Origin: Candidatus Bathyarchaeota archaeon
GTDB taxonomy: Archaea; Thermoproteota; Bathyarchaeia; Bathyarchaeales; Bathycorpusculaceae
Reading direction: 5' to 3'
DNA length: 64,000 nt
Assembly: GCA_963806535.1 (NCBI GenBank)
Contig: CAWDYC010000007.1
Span: 32,001-96,000 of the forward strand
The notes below the pieces were generated by a model. That model searched no databases. It worked only from the letters and a program-made list of their open reading frames with translations, and was not told the origin of the DNA. A program made the position numbers and the translations under genes. Shown in pieces: positions 1 through 10,464 of the stretch (position 1 is the stretch's first letter; the number at the start of each line of letters is the position of its first letter).

Positions 1-2
1 CA

Positions 3-1022
3 AATAGCGGCGCAATCAGGGAAGAAGAATTGACAACGCAACAGGCTAAAGATGTGGTTGATCAAATTGCAGACGCTGGAGTTACGGCGCTTGCTTTTTC
101 AGGTGGTGAACCCTTAACCCGAAGTGACTTTTTTGAGGTGGCCCGTTACGCAGCCGACCGGGGGCTCTACATATCCGTTGCCACAAATGGAACTCTCCTC
201 ACCAAAGAAACGGTCCAAAAACTCAAAGCCGCCAAAGTCAATTATTTGGACATCAGCATTGACGGCGCATGCGCCAAAACACACGACGAATTCCGAGGAG
301 TGCTAGGAGCGTTTGATAAAGCGGTCGCTGGTTTGAAGAATTGTATTGAAGCAGATCTATGTGTGTGCATAGCGACGACGGCGACAAAAAATAATCTTGA
401 AGAAATGCCTGCAATAATTGATTTAGCTGAAGAGTTGGGAGCAGAGAGGTTTACTAACTTTAATTTTGTTCCAGCCGGCAGAGGAAAAGCACATTATGAA
501 CAGGATCCGTCTCCTGAAGAACGGGAAAAACTTATGCGCTATTTGCTGGCGAGAATGTCTAAGGGATGCAAAACAACAATTCTTACAACCGCGCCTCAGT
601 TAGCGCGCGTGGGTATTCAGTGTCAAGGAGAAATGGGTACGGGCGAGTTAACAATGTCTATGGCACACATGCAAACCGTTAAGGTAACGAAGAAAGCCAT
701 TCCATTGGCAGATTTTATCGGCGGATGCGGCGCAGGACGATTGTATTGCTCACTCTCACCCCAAGGAGATGTTCACCCATGCGTCTTTCTACCAGTAAAT
801 GTTGGCAACCTCAAAACGGAAAAATTCCAAGACATCTGGCTAAACGCACCACTCTTCAATGCTTTTAGAAACAGAGCAAACCTCAAAGGAGCATGCGGAA
901 AATGCACATACAAATATATTTGTGGCGGCTGCAGAGCCCGTTCATCAGCATACCATAATGGTGACATGTTAAATTCCGACCCCGGCTGCATAATGGGAGT
1001 GAAAGGTGCCAAAAGTGCCTAA
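3..1022 (+). CDS. Radical SAM/SPASM domain protein (NirJ/AhbC-D/PqqE-like), 5'-truncated by the window edge
   Basis: Frame is open from the window start. FSGGEPL, ATNG and SIDG rSAM motifs; SPASM motifs GCGAG, HPC and CxxCxxxxxCGGCRAR. The CxxxCxxC motif would lie upstream of the window. Confidence 0.88.
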   Translation, partial: NSGAIREEELTTQQAKDVVDQIADAGVTALAFSGGEPLTRSDFFEVARYAADRGLYISVATNGTLLTKETVQKLKAAKVNYLDISIDGACAKTHDEFRGVLGAFDKAVAGLKNCIEADLCVCIATTATKNNLEEMPAIIDLAEELGAERFTNFNFVPAGRGKAHYEQDPSPEEREKLMRYLLARMSKGCKTTILTTAPQLARVGIQCQGEMGTGELTMSMAHMQTVKVTKKAIPLADFIGGCGAGRLYCSLSPQGDVHPCVFLPVNVGNLKTEKFQDIWLNAPLFNAFRNRANLKGACGKCTYKYICGGCRARSSAYHNGDMLNSDPGCIMGVKGAKSA

Positions 1023-1971
1023 CCCACAAACAGTTAAAATTTTCCGTGCAAAAGACGACATAAGCGAAATTGTCAAGGAAGCCGTCGCTAATTCAGGGCT
1101 AAGAGGTAAACATAGAATTTTCATTAAGCCAAACTTAAGTCACCCAGAATATCTGCCAGGTGTAGTTACTAGTCCTGAATTGATGAAGCAACTCGTGGGT
1201 TTGTTGCGTGACGGAAATAGCGAGGTCATTGTGGGCGAATCAAACGGCTTCAACTATCCTTGCTGGACAGCCTTCGATAAAACAGGAGCCGAAGCCGCAG
1301 TCAAAGCTGCTGGCGGCAGTGTCATTAACCTATCCGAAGACAAAGTCGTTGAAGTAAAATTCCAAGGCAACACTCCCTTGAAACGGCTGTTTCTTCCCAA
1401 AACCATCCTCGAAGCCGATGCTGTGGTCGATTTGCCGTTGATGAAAACGCATGAATTTATGGCTTATAGTGGTGCCATCAAAAACCTTTTTGGTTGCGTT
1501 CCCAGCAACAAACGAATTTATTTACATCCTTACTTGCCTGAAGTTTTCTATCGCTTATACACTCTTTTCAATCCACAATTAACCATTATGGATGCAAGAA
1601 CAGGCATCGAAGGTAATGGACCTACTAAAGGCAAACCAGTCAGAATGGGGTTAATGTTGACTGGCAATGATGCGTTAGCCGTAGACATAATCGCTGCCAA
1701 AGTCATGATGCTTAACTGGAAAGAAACCTATCTGAACTACATCGCTAACAAAACTGGCATGCACGAAGACGACATCGGAGTTGAAGGTGTACCGATTGTC
1801 AAAGTTGAGCACAGGTTTGAGCCTCCACGGATTGATTTGCCAGTGAAAGCACAAATGTTGATTTATCAACATGAATACCTGACGAAAGTTTTCTTCTGCT
1901 CGCTAGACTTAGTTAAGTTGTTCCAGAAGGTAACGGTAGCTTATCGGGGCAAACCTATAGAAATCGGCTAA
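1006..1971 (+). CDS. DUF362 family protein
   Basis: IKPNL, PLMKTH, GAIKNLFG and GIEGNGP motifs; overlaps the end of the rSAM gene, suggesting an operon. Confidence 0.85.
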   Translation: MPKVPNPQTVKIFRAKDDISEIVKEAVANSGLRGKHRIFIKPNLSHPEYLPGVVTSPELMKQLVGLLRDGNSEVIVGESNGFNYPCWTAFDKTGAEAAVKAAGGSVINLSEDKVVEVKFQGNTPLKRLFLPKTILEADAVVDLPLMKTHEFMAYSGAIKNLFGCVPSNKRIYLHPYLPEVFYRLYTLFNPQLTIMDARTGIEGNGPTKGKPVRMGLMLTGNDALAVDIIAAKVMMLNWKETYLNYIANKTGMHEDDIGVEGVPIVKVEHRFEPPRIDLPVKAQMLIYQHEYLTKVFFCSLDLVKLFQKVTVAYRGKPIEIG

Positions 1972-3167
1972 CTTAGGGCTTGATCGTAGACTTTCATGGC
2001 GTCTTTGACAACTATGCGCCAGTCAAGTTGCTCCTCAACCGTTTTACGTGCTTTTTTGCCCATCTCCTCAGCCTCAACTGGATGTTCTAACAAATACAAG
2101 ATTCTATCCGAGAACTGCTTGGGATTGAAGGGTTCGACTAGAAATCCGTTTTTGCCGCTGTCAATGGTTTCTGGGATGCCTCCTACAGTGGTGGTGACGA
2201 CAGGTAAGCCAGTTGCTAATGCTTCCAACACGGCGAAGGGGTGATGCTCATAAAAGGTTGAGAACGCGAAGATGTCTGCGGCTTGGTAGAGTTTTGGCAG
2301 TTTCTTGTCTGGGTAGTAGCCTGTGAAGATGATGTTGTTTTTGACGCCGAGTTTCTCCGCGTGAGCGATTAATTTGTTCATTTCGTCGCTTTGTCCTTTA
2401 CCTGAAATGATGAATTTGACATTGCTAAAATGTTTTGTTACAGCGGGCATGCTTTCGATTAGGGTAAACAAGCCTTTGCGGGCATATAGTCGCCCAACGG
2501 AGACGATGGCTATGTCATTTGGGTTAAAGCCCAATTCGGCCTTGACCTTGCGTTTGTTAATGGCTGGCTTAAACTTGTTGATGTCAACGCCGTTGTGGAT
2601 GACCTGTATCTTGTTTGCAGGAATCTTGTAGTAATTTGTCAACTCCCACTTAGTGAAGTGGCTGACAGCGATTATTTTTCGTGCTCGCCTAAGCATGCCT
2701 TCTTCGAAGAAACGCAAAAACCAGTTAAAACTCACCAAAAACTTCTCGTTTGCGTTTAGACGGCTATAAGGTTCACCTCGAATGGCTTCAGCCTCGCCTT
2801 TCCATGTGGAGTGAACGGTACATACCAGGGCTTTTCCAAAGCTTGTTGGTACAGCAAAGTTGGGTGTCAAAGGCAGTTGGGGATGGGTAATATCCACATT
2901 TGCTGTGTTTCGAACGCTTTGGAGTTTGCGGTTGCTGGCGGCTGCGAGCATGAAGGATTTGACGATTGGAGTTCTTGGGATTTTCAGGAAGGAAACGTTG
3001 AGGTTAGGGTTTACTTGGATGTCTTGGGCTTGGTTTGAGCCTGTGACGACGTAAATTTTGTAGCCTTTCTTGAGAAGTTCGTTTGAGAGGTAGTAAACGT
3101 AGGAACCGGTTCCGCCTGTGAGCGGCCAGTACTCGGGTGAAATAAAACAAACTTTATGTGCCGTCAC
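1968..3167 (-). CDS. Glycosyltransferase family 4 (GT-B fold)
   Basis: PEYWPLTGG, IHNGVD, VGRLYARKG and EHHPFAVLEA (Ex7E) motifs. Probable GTG start at 3167 overlapping the upstream stop (GTGA). Confidence 0.92.
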   Translation of the reverse strand: MTAHKVCFISPEYWPLTGGTGSYVYYLSNELLKKGYKIYVVTGSNQAQDIQVNPNLNVSFLKIPRTPIVKSFMLAAASNRKLQSVRNTANVDITHPQLPLTPNFAVPTSFGKALVCTVHSTWKGEAEAIRGEPYSRLNANEKFLVSFNWFLRFFEEGMLRRARKIIAVSHFTKWELTNYYKIPANKIQVIHNGVDINKFKPAINKRKVKAELGFNPNDIAIVSVGRLYARKGLFTLIESMPAVTKHFSNVKFIISGKGQSDEMNKLIAHAEKLGVKNNIIFTGYYPDKKLPKLYQAADIFAFSTFYEHHPFAVLEALATGLPVVTTTVGGIPETIDSGKNGFLVEPFNPKQFSDRILYLLEHPVEAEEMGKKARKTVEEQLDWRIVVKDAMKVYDQALS

Positions 3168-4153
3168 TTGTTCCTCCCAATCAAGTATTTTATTGTCGTG
3201 TTCGTTGCGCCAACAAACCACGCCGCCGCCCGTACAAAGTAAAGCACGAATAGACGCATCGCGGTCCAATCGTGAAACTTGACTGATATCTTAATCGCTG
3301 AATAAACAAAGTAAACCACCATCGCCAACAAGATTAAGCCTGAAACAACCCACAGCAAACGCAATATAGGTACGATACCCAAAATGAAAAACAAAATAAC
3401 GCCCAGAATCAACAAGGGTTGGATATTCATGCCTACATCCGTGATTTCGTCACCGCGAGCCAAGCGTCCGTGTTTAAAGTAGAGTTTTAGCGTATTTTTG
3501 CCATATTGCAGTTGCTGCCGATAAAATGCCTTCAAAGTGGGACGATTATAGTGATAACAGATGGCTTTAGGCTCGTACGCAATCTTGTAGCCCTTAGCAC
3601 TGATTCTAAAACCAAGGTCCGTGTCGTATTGGCTTGGCAAGTTTTCGTCCCATCCTCCGGCTTCTTCGACAACAGCTTTTTTCAGCAACAGATTCATTGT
3701 AGCTATACGGCCAGTGAATTTTCCAATTCTGCGATAACGGTTTCTAAGTTCATAGCCGATGCTTCGTGCCCATAGGTTGTCATAGTTCCATGTTTCTATG
3801 CTGCCGCTGACGCCTACCACTTGATGCTCGTTCAAGTGAGGCACAAGAAGCTTAAGCCATTGGGGCTGCACTTTGGCATCGGCATCTATAAAGCCTAAAA
3901 CCTCGTGTGAAGCGATTTTCATGGCGTAATTGTAAGCAGCTGGAGCGTTCAAGCGAATAGAAACCACCTTAACAGGGAGTTTTTCTGCAAGCTTAACTGT
4001 GGCATCTTTGGAGCCGCCATCCATCACTATAACTTCGATATAGCTCGCAGGATAATCAAGAGCCAAAACGGATTTGAGACATTCCTCTATGGTTTGCTCG
4101 CTGTTGTAAGCTGCAACTATAACTGAAACTTGAGGATACTCGTCGTCAGCCAC
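3164..4153 (-). CDS. Glycosyltransferase family 2 with C-terminal TM helices
   Basis: VSVIVAAYN, DGGSKD, DAD and QQLQY motifs; hydrophobic C-terminus; probable GTG start at 4153. Confidence 0.9.
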   Translation of the reverse strand: MADDEYPQVSVIVAAYNSEQTIEECLKSVLALDYPASYIEVIVMDGGSKDATVKLAEKLPVKVVSIRLNAPAAYNYAMKIASHEVLGFIDADAKVQPQWLKLLVPHLNEHQVVGVSGSIETWNYDNLWARSIGYELRNRYRRIGKFTGRIATMNLLLKKAVVEEAGGWDENLPSQYDTDLGFRISAKGYKIAYEPKAICYHYNRPTLKAFYRQQLQYGKNTLKLYFKHGRLARGDEITDVGMNIQPLLILGVILFFILGIVPILRLLWVVSGLILLAMVVYFVYSAIKISVKFHDWTAMRLFVLYFVRAAAWFVGATNTTIKYLIGRNK

Positions 4154-4157
4154 CTGT

Positions 4158-4874
4158 TTAACCCTTCGCAAATGCTGAAAATATTGAAAGCAGAATTTTG
4201 AAGCCGTCAACCAAGGGATCAACGCCCGACCTACCGTAGGTTCGTTGCTCAAAGCTTATCGGCACCTCGGTTACACGAAATTTTTCCTTTGCTGTTTTTA
4301 CAAGCATTTCGGATTCGATTTCGTAAGTGCCAGAAGTAAGTTTCTGACTCTTTAGTACATCACTTTTCATGGCTCGATATCCCGATTGAGAATCAGTTAT
4401 GCCTACGCCTGTTAAAAGTTCGATGGAACCGTTGAATAGTTTTACGCCAAAGGCATTGAGTTTGCGTGCAGCCACTTTTTTGTGGTTCATGTATCTTGAT
4501 CCTATAACTAAGTCTGCTTTGTCTTTCAACACGGGCGCCAGCACTTCCGAAAGCTCTTCAGGCCGGTGTGAACCATCTGAGTCAATGGTTACTATTATGT
4601 CGCCATGTGCCTTGGAAAAGCCTGCCCTTAATGCATAGCCTTTGCCCATATGCTGCTTTAGCGTGTAGAGTTTTACACTTTGCCGTTTTGCAATCGCAAG
4701 CGACTTATCATAGGAGTGGTCGTCTACAACTATGATTTCATTTTTTAAGCCGGTTTGCTGGGCAGCCTCTTTTACGCGTTCAATAATGTCGCCTATTGTT
4801 GACTGCTCGTTGTAAACAGGAATTATTATTGAAAGCAGCATTTGCGAGGGGCTCATTTGACTTTTAGATGCCAA
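4158..4874 (-). CDS. GT2 polyprenol-phosphate glycosyltransferase (DPM1-like)
   Basis: SIIIPVYNE, VDDHSYD, GKGYA, DSDGSH, GSRY and DSQSGYRA motifs. Confidence 0.92.
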   Translation of the reverse strand: MASKSQMSPSQMLLSIIIPVYNEQSTIGDIIERVKEAAQQTGLKNEIIVVDDHSYDKSLAIAKRQSVKLYTLKQHMGKGYALRAGFSKAHGDIIVTIDSDGSHRPEELSEVLAPVLKDKADLVIGSRYMNHKKVAARKLNAFGVKLFNGSIELLTGVGITDSQSGYRAMKSDVLKSQKLTSGTYEIESEMLVKTAKEKFRVTEVPISFEQRTYGRSGVDPLVDGFKILLSIFSAFAKG

Positions 4875-4953
4875 TGGAAGACCTTATAAAGTTTGGCACT
4901 GCAACCTTGTAAGCAGTTGAATGGTTAGTTTGATGTCAAAGATGGAAGCCACT

Positions 4954-5496
4954 ATGCAGACTAAAGTTTACTCTGACAGAAAAATCTGGTTTTCCATGTG
5001 GTTTCTGGGCGCAGTTGTTACTTTCGGCATAGTTTTTTTCCCCATGTTTTACCGCTTAGTTGACGGTAGGAACAGGCATTTTCAACATGAAAACGAACTT
5101 GAAAAACAGGTTGGTGAACGTTTAGAGAAACAGGGTAAGAAATCGCCACCAACAAGTAGCCGTTTTACGCGGATGAATGCGAAGGCGTGGGCAGTAAGCA
5201 TCATTCTTGTCGTGCCAGTTTTCATCATCGTTTATTTGTTATCAAGAGATTTGGCGGTTCACGAGCGAAATGAGGATGCGTTTCTTGCAGCTGCTTTTCC
5301 ACAGCGAATATTTATGCCTCAGACGATACCGATAAAAACATATGTTTTGGTCACAATTTGTACGTTGGGCGTTGGAGTTGTTTACTGGCTTTACAAGGTT
5401 GTTAACTTGTATAACGCTCACTATAAAGCAGAGTTGCAAGTGGAAAAAGAAATAGGTAGGCTAATGGAGGAAGAAAAAGCTGACGGGCACATGTAA
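4954..5496 (+). CDS. Membrane protein of unknown function (DUF4234-like repeats)
   Basis: Three hydrophobic segments and repeated VTFGI / ICTLGVGVVYWLYK...NAH pattern; start uncertain (4921-4954). Confidence 0.6.
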   Translation: MQTKVYSDRKIWFSMWFLGAVVTFGIVFFPMFYRLVDGRNRHFQHENELEKQVGERLEKQGKKSPPTSSRFTRMNAKAWAVSIILVVPVFIIVYLLSRDLAVHERNEDAFLAAAFPQRIFMPQTIPIKTYVLVTICTLGVGVVYWLYKVVNLYNAHYKAELQVEKEIGRLMEEEKADGHM

Positions 5497-6598
5497 GGAA
5501 CATAGGTTTGTTAGTCACGGCGGAGATATCTGGGGTTTTAGCAGAAAATATAATGTGCCACTTGAAGATGTGCTTGAATTCAGCGGTCCCATCAATTTTC
5601 TTGGACCTTCGCCTAAAGCTGTTGAAGCTGTGAAACAGTATGCTAAACTTATCAAGTTTTATCCTGATCCTAACCCTGTAGAGTTCAAAATGGAAGTTGC
5701 AAAGTACGTGGGTCATGGCGTGGAGGAAGAAAACATTGTCTTAGGTAATGGCTCCATCGAACTAATCTACGCCATAACAGAAATTTTACCCAGAGGATTC
5801 AAAGCACTCATTCCAGTACCGTCGTTCAGCGAGTACGAAAAGGCTGCAATACGAGTTGGCGGAGAGGCAGTGTTTATCCAATTACCCGAAAGCTGCACTT
5901 TAGAAACAGAAAAAATCAAACGAGCAGTTACCGACAATACAAAAATTCTCTGCATTTGCAATCCTCATAGTCCATCAGGAACGCTCTACAGCAAAGAAAC
6001 ATTGCTTGACCTTCTTGATTTCTGCCACAAAAAAAATGTCATTTTCAGTGTAGATGAAAATTATATAGAATTTGCTGATAAAGGGCAAGAGACAACATTG
6101 GCAGGTTTGGTTAAAGACTACGAGAATCTTTTTGTTATTCGGTCAGTTACAAAATTCTACGGTATGGCAGGCATACGCTTAGGCTATGGCATAGCCGAAC
6201 CAAACCTCGTCAAGAAGCTTGAAAATGTCAGGATACCCTGGAGCATTAATAGTCTCGCAAGCTGCGCTACGCTTGCAGCATTTAATGATATTGATTTTAT
6301 TGAAAGCACAAAGAAAACAATATGCAAAGAACGAGCAGAGCTTGCAAAGAATCTAAACGAAATTGAAGGTTTGCAGGTTTACCCATCAGTGACAAATTTC
6401 CTGCTTGTAAGAATAACAAACCGAAAAATAACGTCCACAAAGCTCAAGGAACTACTCGCCAAAGAGCACATGCTAATCCGCGATTGCTGCACCTTCGTAG
6501 GCTTAGACGACAGCTACTTCAGAGTAACTGTAAGATCAGGCAAAGATAACCAGAAATTGGTACAATCTATAAAGCAAATACTGGGCAGTGTCAGTTAG
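5480..6598 (+). CDS. cobD: Threonine-phosphate decarboxylase CobD (HisC-like PLP enzyme)
   Basis: In-frame N-terminal HGGD motif upstream of the ORF-track start; YPDP, GNGS, CNPHSPSG, DENY and SVTKFYGMAGIRLG (PLP lysine); cobamide genes nearby. Probable CTG start at 5480. Confidence 0.8.
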   Translation: MTGTCKEHRFVSHGGDIWGFSRKYNVPLEDVLEFSGPINFLGPSPKAVEAVKQYAKLIKFYPDPNPVEFKMEVAKYVGHGVEEENIVLGNGSIELIYAITEILPRGFKALIPVPSFSEYEKAAIRVGGEAVFIQLPESCTLETEKIKRAVTDNTKILCICNPHSPSGTLYSKETLLDLLDFCHKKNVIFSVDENYIEFADKGQETTLAGLVKDYENLFVIRSVTKFYGMAGIRLGYGIAEPNLVKKLENVRIPWSINSLASCATLAAFNDIDFIESTKKTICKERAELAKNLNEIEGLQVYPSVTNFLLVRITNRKITSTKLKELLAKEHMLIRDCCTFVGLDDSYFRVTVRSGKDNQKLVQSIKQILGSVS

Positions 6599-6602
6599 GA
6601 TT

Positions 6603-7430
6603 CTATTTTTTTGCTATCCAAAAACTCATTTCGGGGCTACCGATCAATTGATAAATCAAAGTCAAGGGGTTCCATATCCAAGTGCTGTTCTGATAATAAT
6701 CCGTTCTCTTCGAAAATTCAAAGCCTTCTTGTTTGAAAACCTCTTCGACACTTTTGTGGTTTAACGCATGTTCCTTTTTATGCCAATAATCAGAAAGCGA
6801 ATAATCTATCAATGGAACCTTTAACCCGATAATTTGGAAATACAAACTGTTGAGCAACGGGTTTGAATGAAAATAGATGCCTTTTATGAGGCTTGCCAAG
6901 CCGCTTTGTTCACTTTTCCAATATGACGGTGATGCTTCGTGGTCAACGTAGATTACGCCGCCCTTCTTGAGGAAAACGCTTAGGCCTTTAAGAGCAGATA
7001 TATAATCTGGAAAATGATGCAGAGCAGAGTAGCAAGTTATTAAATCAAATTTTCCAACGTTAAAATCGAGGTTTTCTACAGGGGAATTAATTATTGTTAA
7101 CTTTTTTGATTTTACGTATGCATTATATTTTGTTTGCAGAATAGCGCACATTTCAGGTGAAATATCTACAGCTACAACCCGATAGCCCATCTGCAAAAGC
7201 TTACCGGTTAAATTGCCTGTGCCCGCTCCAACATCAAGAGCAAACTTGTGGTTTTCAGCAACAAGTTTGTCTGCCATTATCAGTTTGTCACTTATTCTCT
7301 TCTGCTCTTTTTTACTATAAACTTCTGGATGGAGAGCTTCGTAGTATTTCGCTTCAGAGCGATGTACCTCAACGTTTGCTTGATGAATTTGATCTTTGAG
7401 ACTTGGGTTGTTTAGCAATCCGGTTTCCAT
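6603..7430 (-). CDS. Class I SAM-dependent methyltransferase
   Basis: LDVGAGTG, VDIS, FDLI and LKKGG motifs; start uncertain (7430 or 7451). Confidence 0.88.
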   Translation of the reverse strand: METGLLNNPSLKDQIHQANVEVHRSEAKYYEALHPEVYSKKEQKRISDKLIMADKLVAENHKFALDVGAGTGNLTGKLLQMGYRVVAVDISPEMCAILQTKYNAYVKSKKLTIINSPVENLDFNVGKFDLITCYSALHHFPDYISALKGLSVFLKKGGVIYVDHEASPSYWKSEQSGLASLIKGIYFHSNPLLNSLYFQIIGLKVPLIDYSLSDYWHKKEHALNHKSVEEVFKQEGFEFSKRTDYYQNSTWIWNPLTLIYQLIGSPEMSFWIAKK

Positions 7431-7487
7431 CCAGCCAGAACAATTGGTCACTATGTCCGTTTTGGAGTTTATATATTGTTTGAAAAC

Positions 7488-8846
7488 TCAGGACAACATC
7501 ATGGGAGCCTTTTTGATAACAGTCCAGAAACCTTCCCTCTTAATCTTATGCAGAATCCGCTTCGGCGACTTATTGAAGCTCATGTGGAATTGCCGCTGAA
7601 TCTTTAATAAAGACGCATAATCGAAATCCGCAGTTTTCACATATGCCGCGTAATCTTCAATTTGGTCGTAGAGGTGGTTCTGCATGACTTCATCATAGAG
7701 TGGGCTGCCTGGAACTGCAATGTAGATGTTCCAACGGCAGAAGTCAGGGTCAAGTTTTCTAGCGAACTTAAATGAAGTTTTCATGTCCTCGACTGTTTCG
7801 CCGGGGATGCCCAGCAGAAAAGAACAGGCAGTTTGAATTCCCTCATCTCTGCACAGCTCAAATGCACGTTCAGTCTGCTCGACTGTGATACCCTTGTTAA
7901 TTTTCTCGAGAATTCGAGGAGAGCCAGATTCGACCCCGAACCATATGGTTTTGCAGCCTGCAGATTTCATTTCTTGCACGAGTTCTTTTGAGAGGAGATC
8001 GGCTCGGGTGTCACAGACCCATTGGAGGTCAAGTTTACTTTCACGGATTAATCTACAAAGCTCAATGGTTTCTTTCTTTTTAATGGTAAAATTATCGTTT
8101 ATGAAATACACGCCTTTGGTGCCGAAGTTAGTCATTAAATATTTGATTTCGTCCAAAACCCTTTGAGGGCTGAAAGTGCGGCATGTTCGCCCCATCAACC
8201 CCGTGGTTTCACAGAAAGCACAACTAAACGGGCAGCCCCTAGCAATACTCATGTTATCCACGGGTTTAACGTTTAGATATTCCATTTCTCTTACGTAACG
8301 GTCCATCGGCAACAGATGCCAAGCGGGAAAAGGAATCTCATCCATATTCTTAATGAATTGCCGCTGGTTTTTGATGATTTTATCGTTACTTCTATATGCA
8401 AGTCCAGCAATGTTGGAGGGTCCGCTGGTTTTGTCGCCTTTGATGATGTAGTTGGCAAGCTGCTTCATGGCGAATTCGCCCTCGCCCATAACAACATAGT
8501 CAACTTCGGGATTCTGCAACAAGGTTTCGGGTTCGTATGAGGCATGCCAGCCGCCGACAACAACTTTGCAGGTTGGCACGGTTTCTTTAACTGCCTTGGC
8601 GGTTTCGATAACTCGACTATAAGTCACTGAGCTGCAAGTTATACCGACTATTTCAGGTTTGAGTTTCGCTAATTCAGCCGTTATCTCTTCAATAGGCTTC
8701 TCCAGCATGTAGTTATCTATCATCTGGACTTGAAAACCGCTCCTTTCTATGGCAGCAGCAACGTAAGCTAAGCCTATTGGAATGAATTTTCTGCCATGAA
8801 TCCAAGGTCCCTTTACTGGGGGTGCAGGCGTCATTAACAAAATCAA
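7488..8846 (-). CDS. Cobalamin-binding radical SAM protein (class B-like), copy 1
   Basis: PIGLAYVAA and GGWH in the B12-binding domain; RGCPFSCAFC; DDNF-like NDNF; GVESGS. Confidence 0.92.
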   Translation of the reverse strand: MILLMTPAPPVKGPWIHGRKFIPIGLAYVAAAIERSGFQVQMIDNYMLEKPIEEITAELAKLKPEIVGITCSSVTYSRVIETAKAVKETVPTCKVVVGGWHASYEPETLLQNPEVDYVVMGEGEFAMKQLANYIIKGDKTSGPSNIAGLAYRSNDKIIKNQRQFIKNMDEIPFPAWHLLPMDRYVREMEYLNVKPVDNMSIARGCPFSCAFCETTGLMGRTCRTFSPQRVLDEIKYLMTNFGTKGVYFINDNFTIKKKETIELCRLIRESKLDLQWVCDTRADLLSKELVQEMKSAGCKTIWFGVESGSPRILEKINKGITVEQTERAFELCRDEGIQTACSFLLGIPGETVEDMKTSFKFARKLDPDFCRWNIYIAVPGSPLYDEVMQNHLYDQIEDYAAYVKTADFDYASLLKIQRQFHMSFNKSPKRILHKIKREGFWTVIKKAPMMLS

Positions 8847-9078
8847 TCAGTATACGTCCTATCTGTTGCGAGTAGAAATAGTTACTATGGAAGTTTGTAG
8901 ATAAAGATTTCTTTAAAAATCAAAATCTTGCTTTTTTCGCAGTTGAAGGTCAAATAAAGTGGAAACAGTAGGTGTTTCATCTCATAAACCCAGTTTTGCA
9001 GTTTTTATTTAAAATTACGAAATGTTTAAGCACCCGTCATCTTGTATTTTCAGGAAATAAGGCATTTAGTGAAACGGA

Positions 9079-10464
9079 ATGAAGCCGCACGTAACTCTTG
9101 TAAATCCACCAACTCCGCAGGGATCTATGGGACATTTACCCTTTGCAGTTTTAGGTTTAGGCTATTTAGGCGCGGTTTTGGAGAAAAACAACTTTACAGT
9201 TGACGTTATTGATTGCCAGGCGCTCAACCTCTCATTTGAACAGGTTAAAGAGGAACTCAAAAAGCGTCAGCCCGACATAGTTGGCTTAACGGCAAGCACA
9301 CTCTCATACAAATCAGGATTAAAAATAATAAAATTAGCAAAAGAAGTTAACCCAAACATCTTAACCATAATGGGTGGACCGCACGTTACCTTCTGGGACA
9401 CCCAAGCCTTAGAAGAATGCCCGCAACTCGATGTTGTAATAAGAAGAGAAGGAGAGTACACATTACTGGAGTTAGTGCAGAAGGTGGAGGCAAAACAGGG
9501 TTTCCAAGATGTTCTGGGCATTACATACCGTATCGATGGCAAAATCGTCAAGAATGAAGACCGACCCTACATAGAAAACCTCGATGAACTGCCTTTTCCG
9601 GCACGGCATCTCTGGCCTATGGAGCAGCTGCGCAAGTATGAGGATGTTCTTTACTTAACCACCAGCAGAGGCTGCGTATTCTGGTGTAATTTCTGTGCCA
9701 CTGTACGAATGCATGGCCGAAAATATCGGTGGAGAAGCCCAGAAAATGTGGCGGATGAACTGGAGTTGCTGCATAAAAACTATGGCGTAGTCACATTTAC
9801 CTTCTGTGACGACGCATTCACCGTGGACCAAGCAAGAACCGAAAAGTTGTGCAAGGAAATTCTTAACCGCAAATTACAAATAAAATGGAACTGCGGCACC
9901 CGCGTTGATATGCTAACTAAAGAGTTGCTTGTTAAAATGAAGGAGGCTGGTTGCATCTCGGTTTGGTTCGGTGTGGAGTCGGGTTCTCAGCAAGTCCTAG
10001 ACGAAATGAAGAAAGGCATCACTACTGAACAAACCATAAAAGTGTTGGGCTGGGTGAGAGAAGTCGGGTTAAAACCGGTTCCCAACGTAATCTTAGGATT
10101 CCCCAGCGAAACAAAGAAAACCGCTTGGAAAACGATAAAGTACGCAGAAAAACTAAGTCCTAAAGATGTCCCATTCTACAACATTGCCACTCCGTTTCCG
10201 GGCACGCCTATGTACGACCAGGTTATAGAGAAAGGCTGGCTAAAAGTAGCCGACTTTGACAAATATGACACTGCAACACCCATTTTTGAAACGCCCTGGA
10301 TAAGCATGAAACAACTCAAAGAGATTCGGCAACAGGCGTTCAACCACTTCTATCTGCGACGCGCTTACTATCTTGACAAATCCCGGCGGTTCAAAATTTC
10401 CACGGCGCTCACTGTTGGAATTAACTTGGCAGCATTCATAAAATCGAAGTTTAGAGCACTATAA
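9079..10464 (+). CDS. Cobalamin-binding radical SAM protein, copy 2
   Basis: LGLGYLGA, GGPH, RGCVFWCNFC, DDAF, GVESGS and TPFPGT motifs. Confidence 0.92.
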   Translation: MKPHVTLVNPPTPQGSMGHLPFAVLGLGYLGAVLEKNNFTVDVIDCQALNLSFEQVKEELKKRQPDIVGLTASTLSYKSGLKIIKLAKEVNPNILTIMGGPHVTFWDTQALEECPQLDVVIRREGEYTLLELVQKVEAKQGFQDVLGITYRIDGKIVKNEDRPYIENLDELPFPARHLWPMEQLRKYEDVLYLTTSRGCVFWCNFCATVRMHGRKYRWRSPENVADELELLHKNYGVVTFTFCDDAFTVDQARTEKLCKEILNRKLQIKWNCGTRVDMLTKELLVKMKEAGCISVWFGVESGSQQVLDEMKKGITTEQTIKVLGWVREVGLKPVPNVILGFPSETKKTAWKTIKYAEKLSPKDVPFYNIATPFPGTPMYDQVIEKGWLKVADFDKYDTATPIFETPWISMKQLKEIRQQAFNHFYLRRAYYLDKSRRFKISTALTVGINLAAFIKSKFRAL

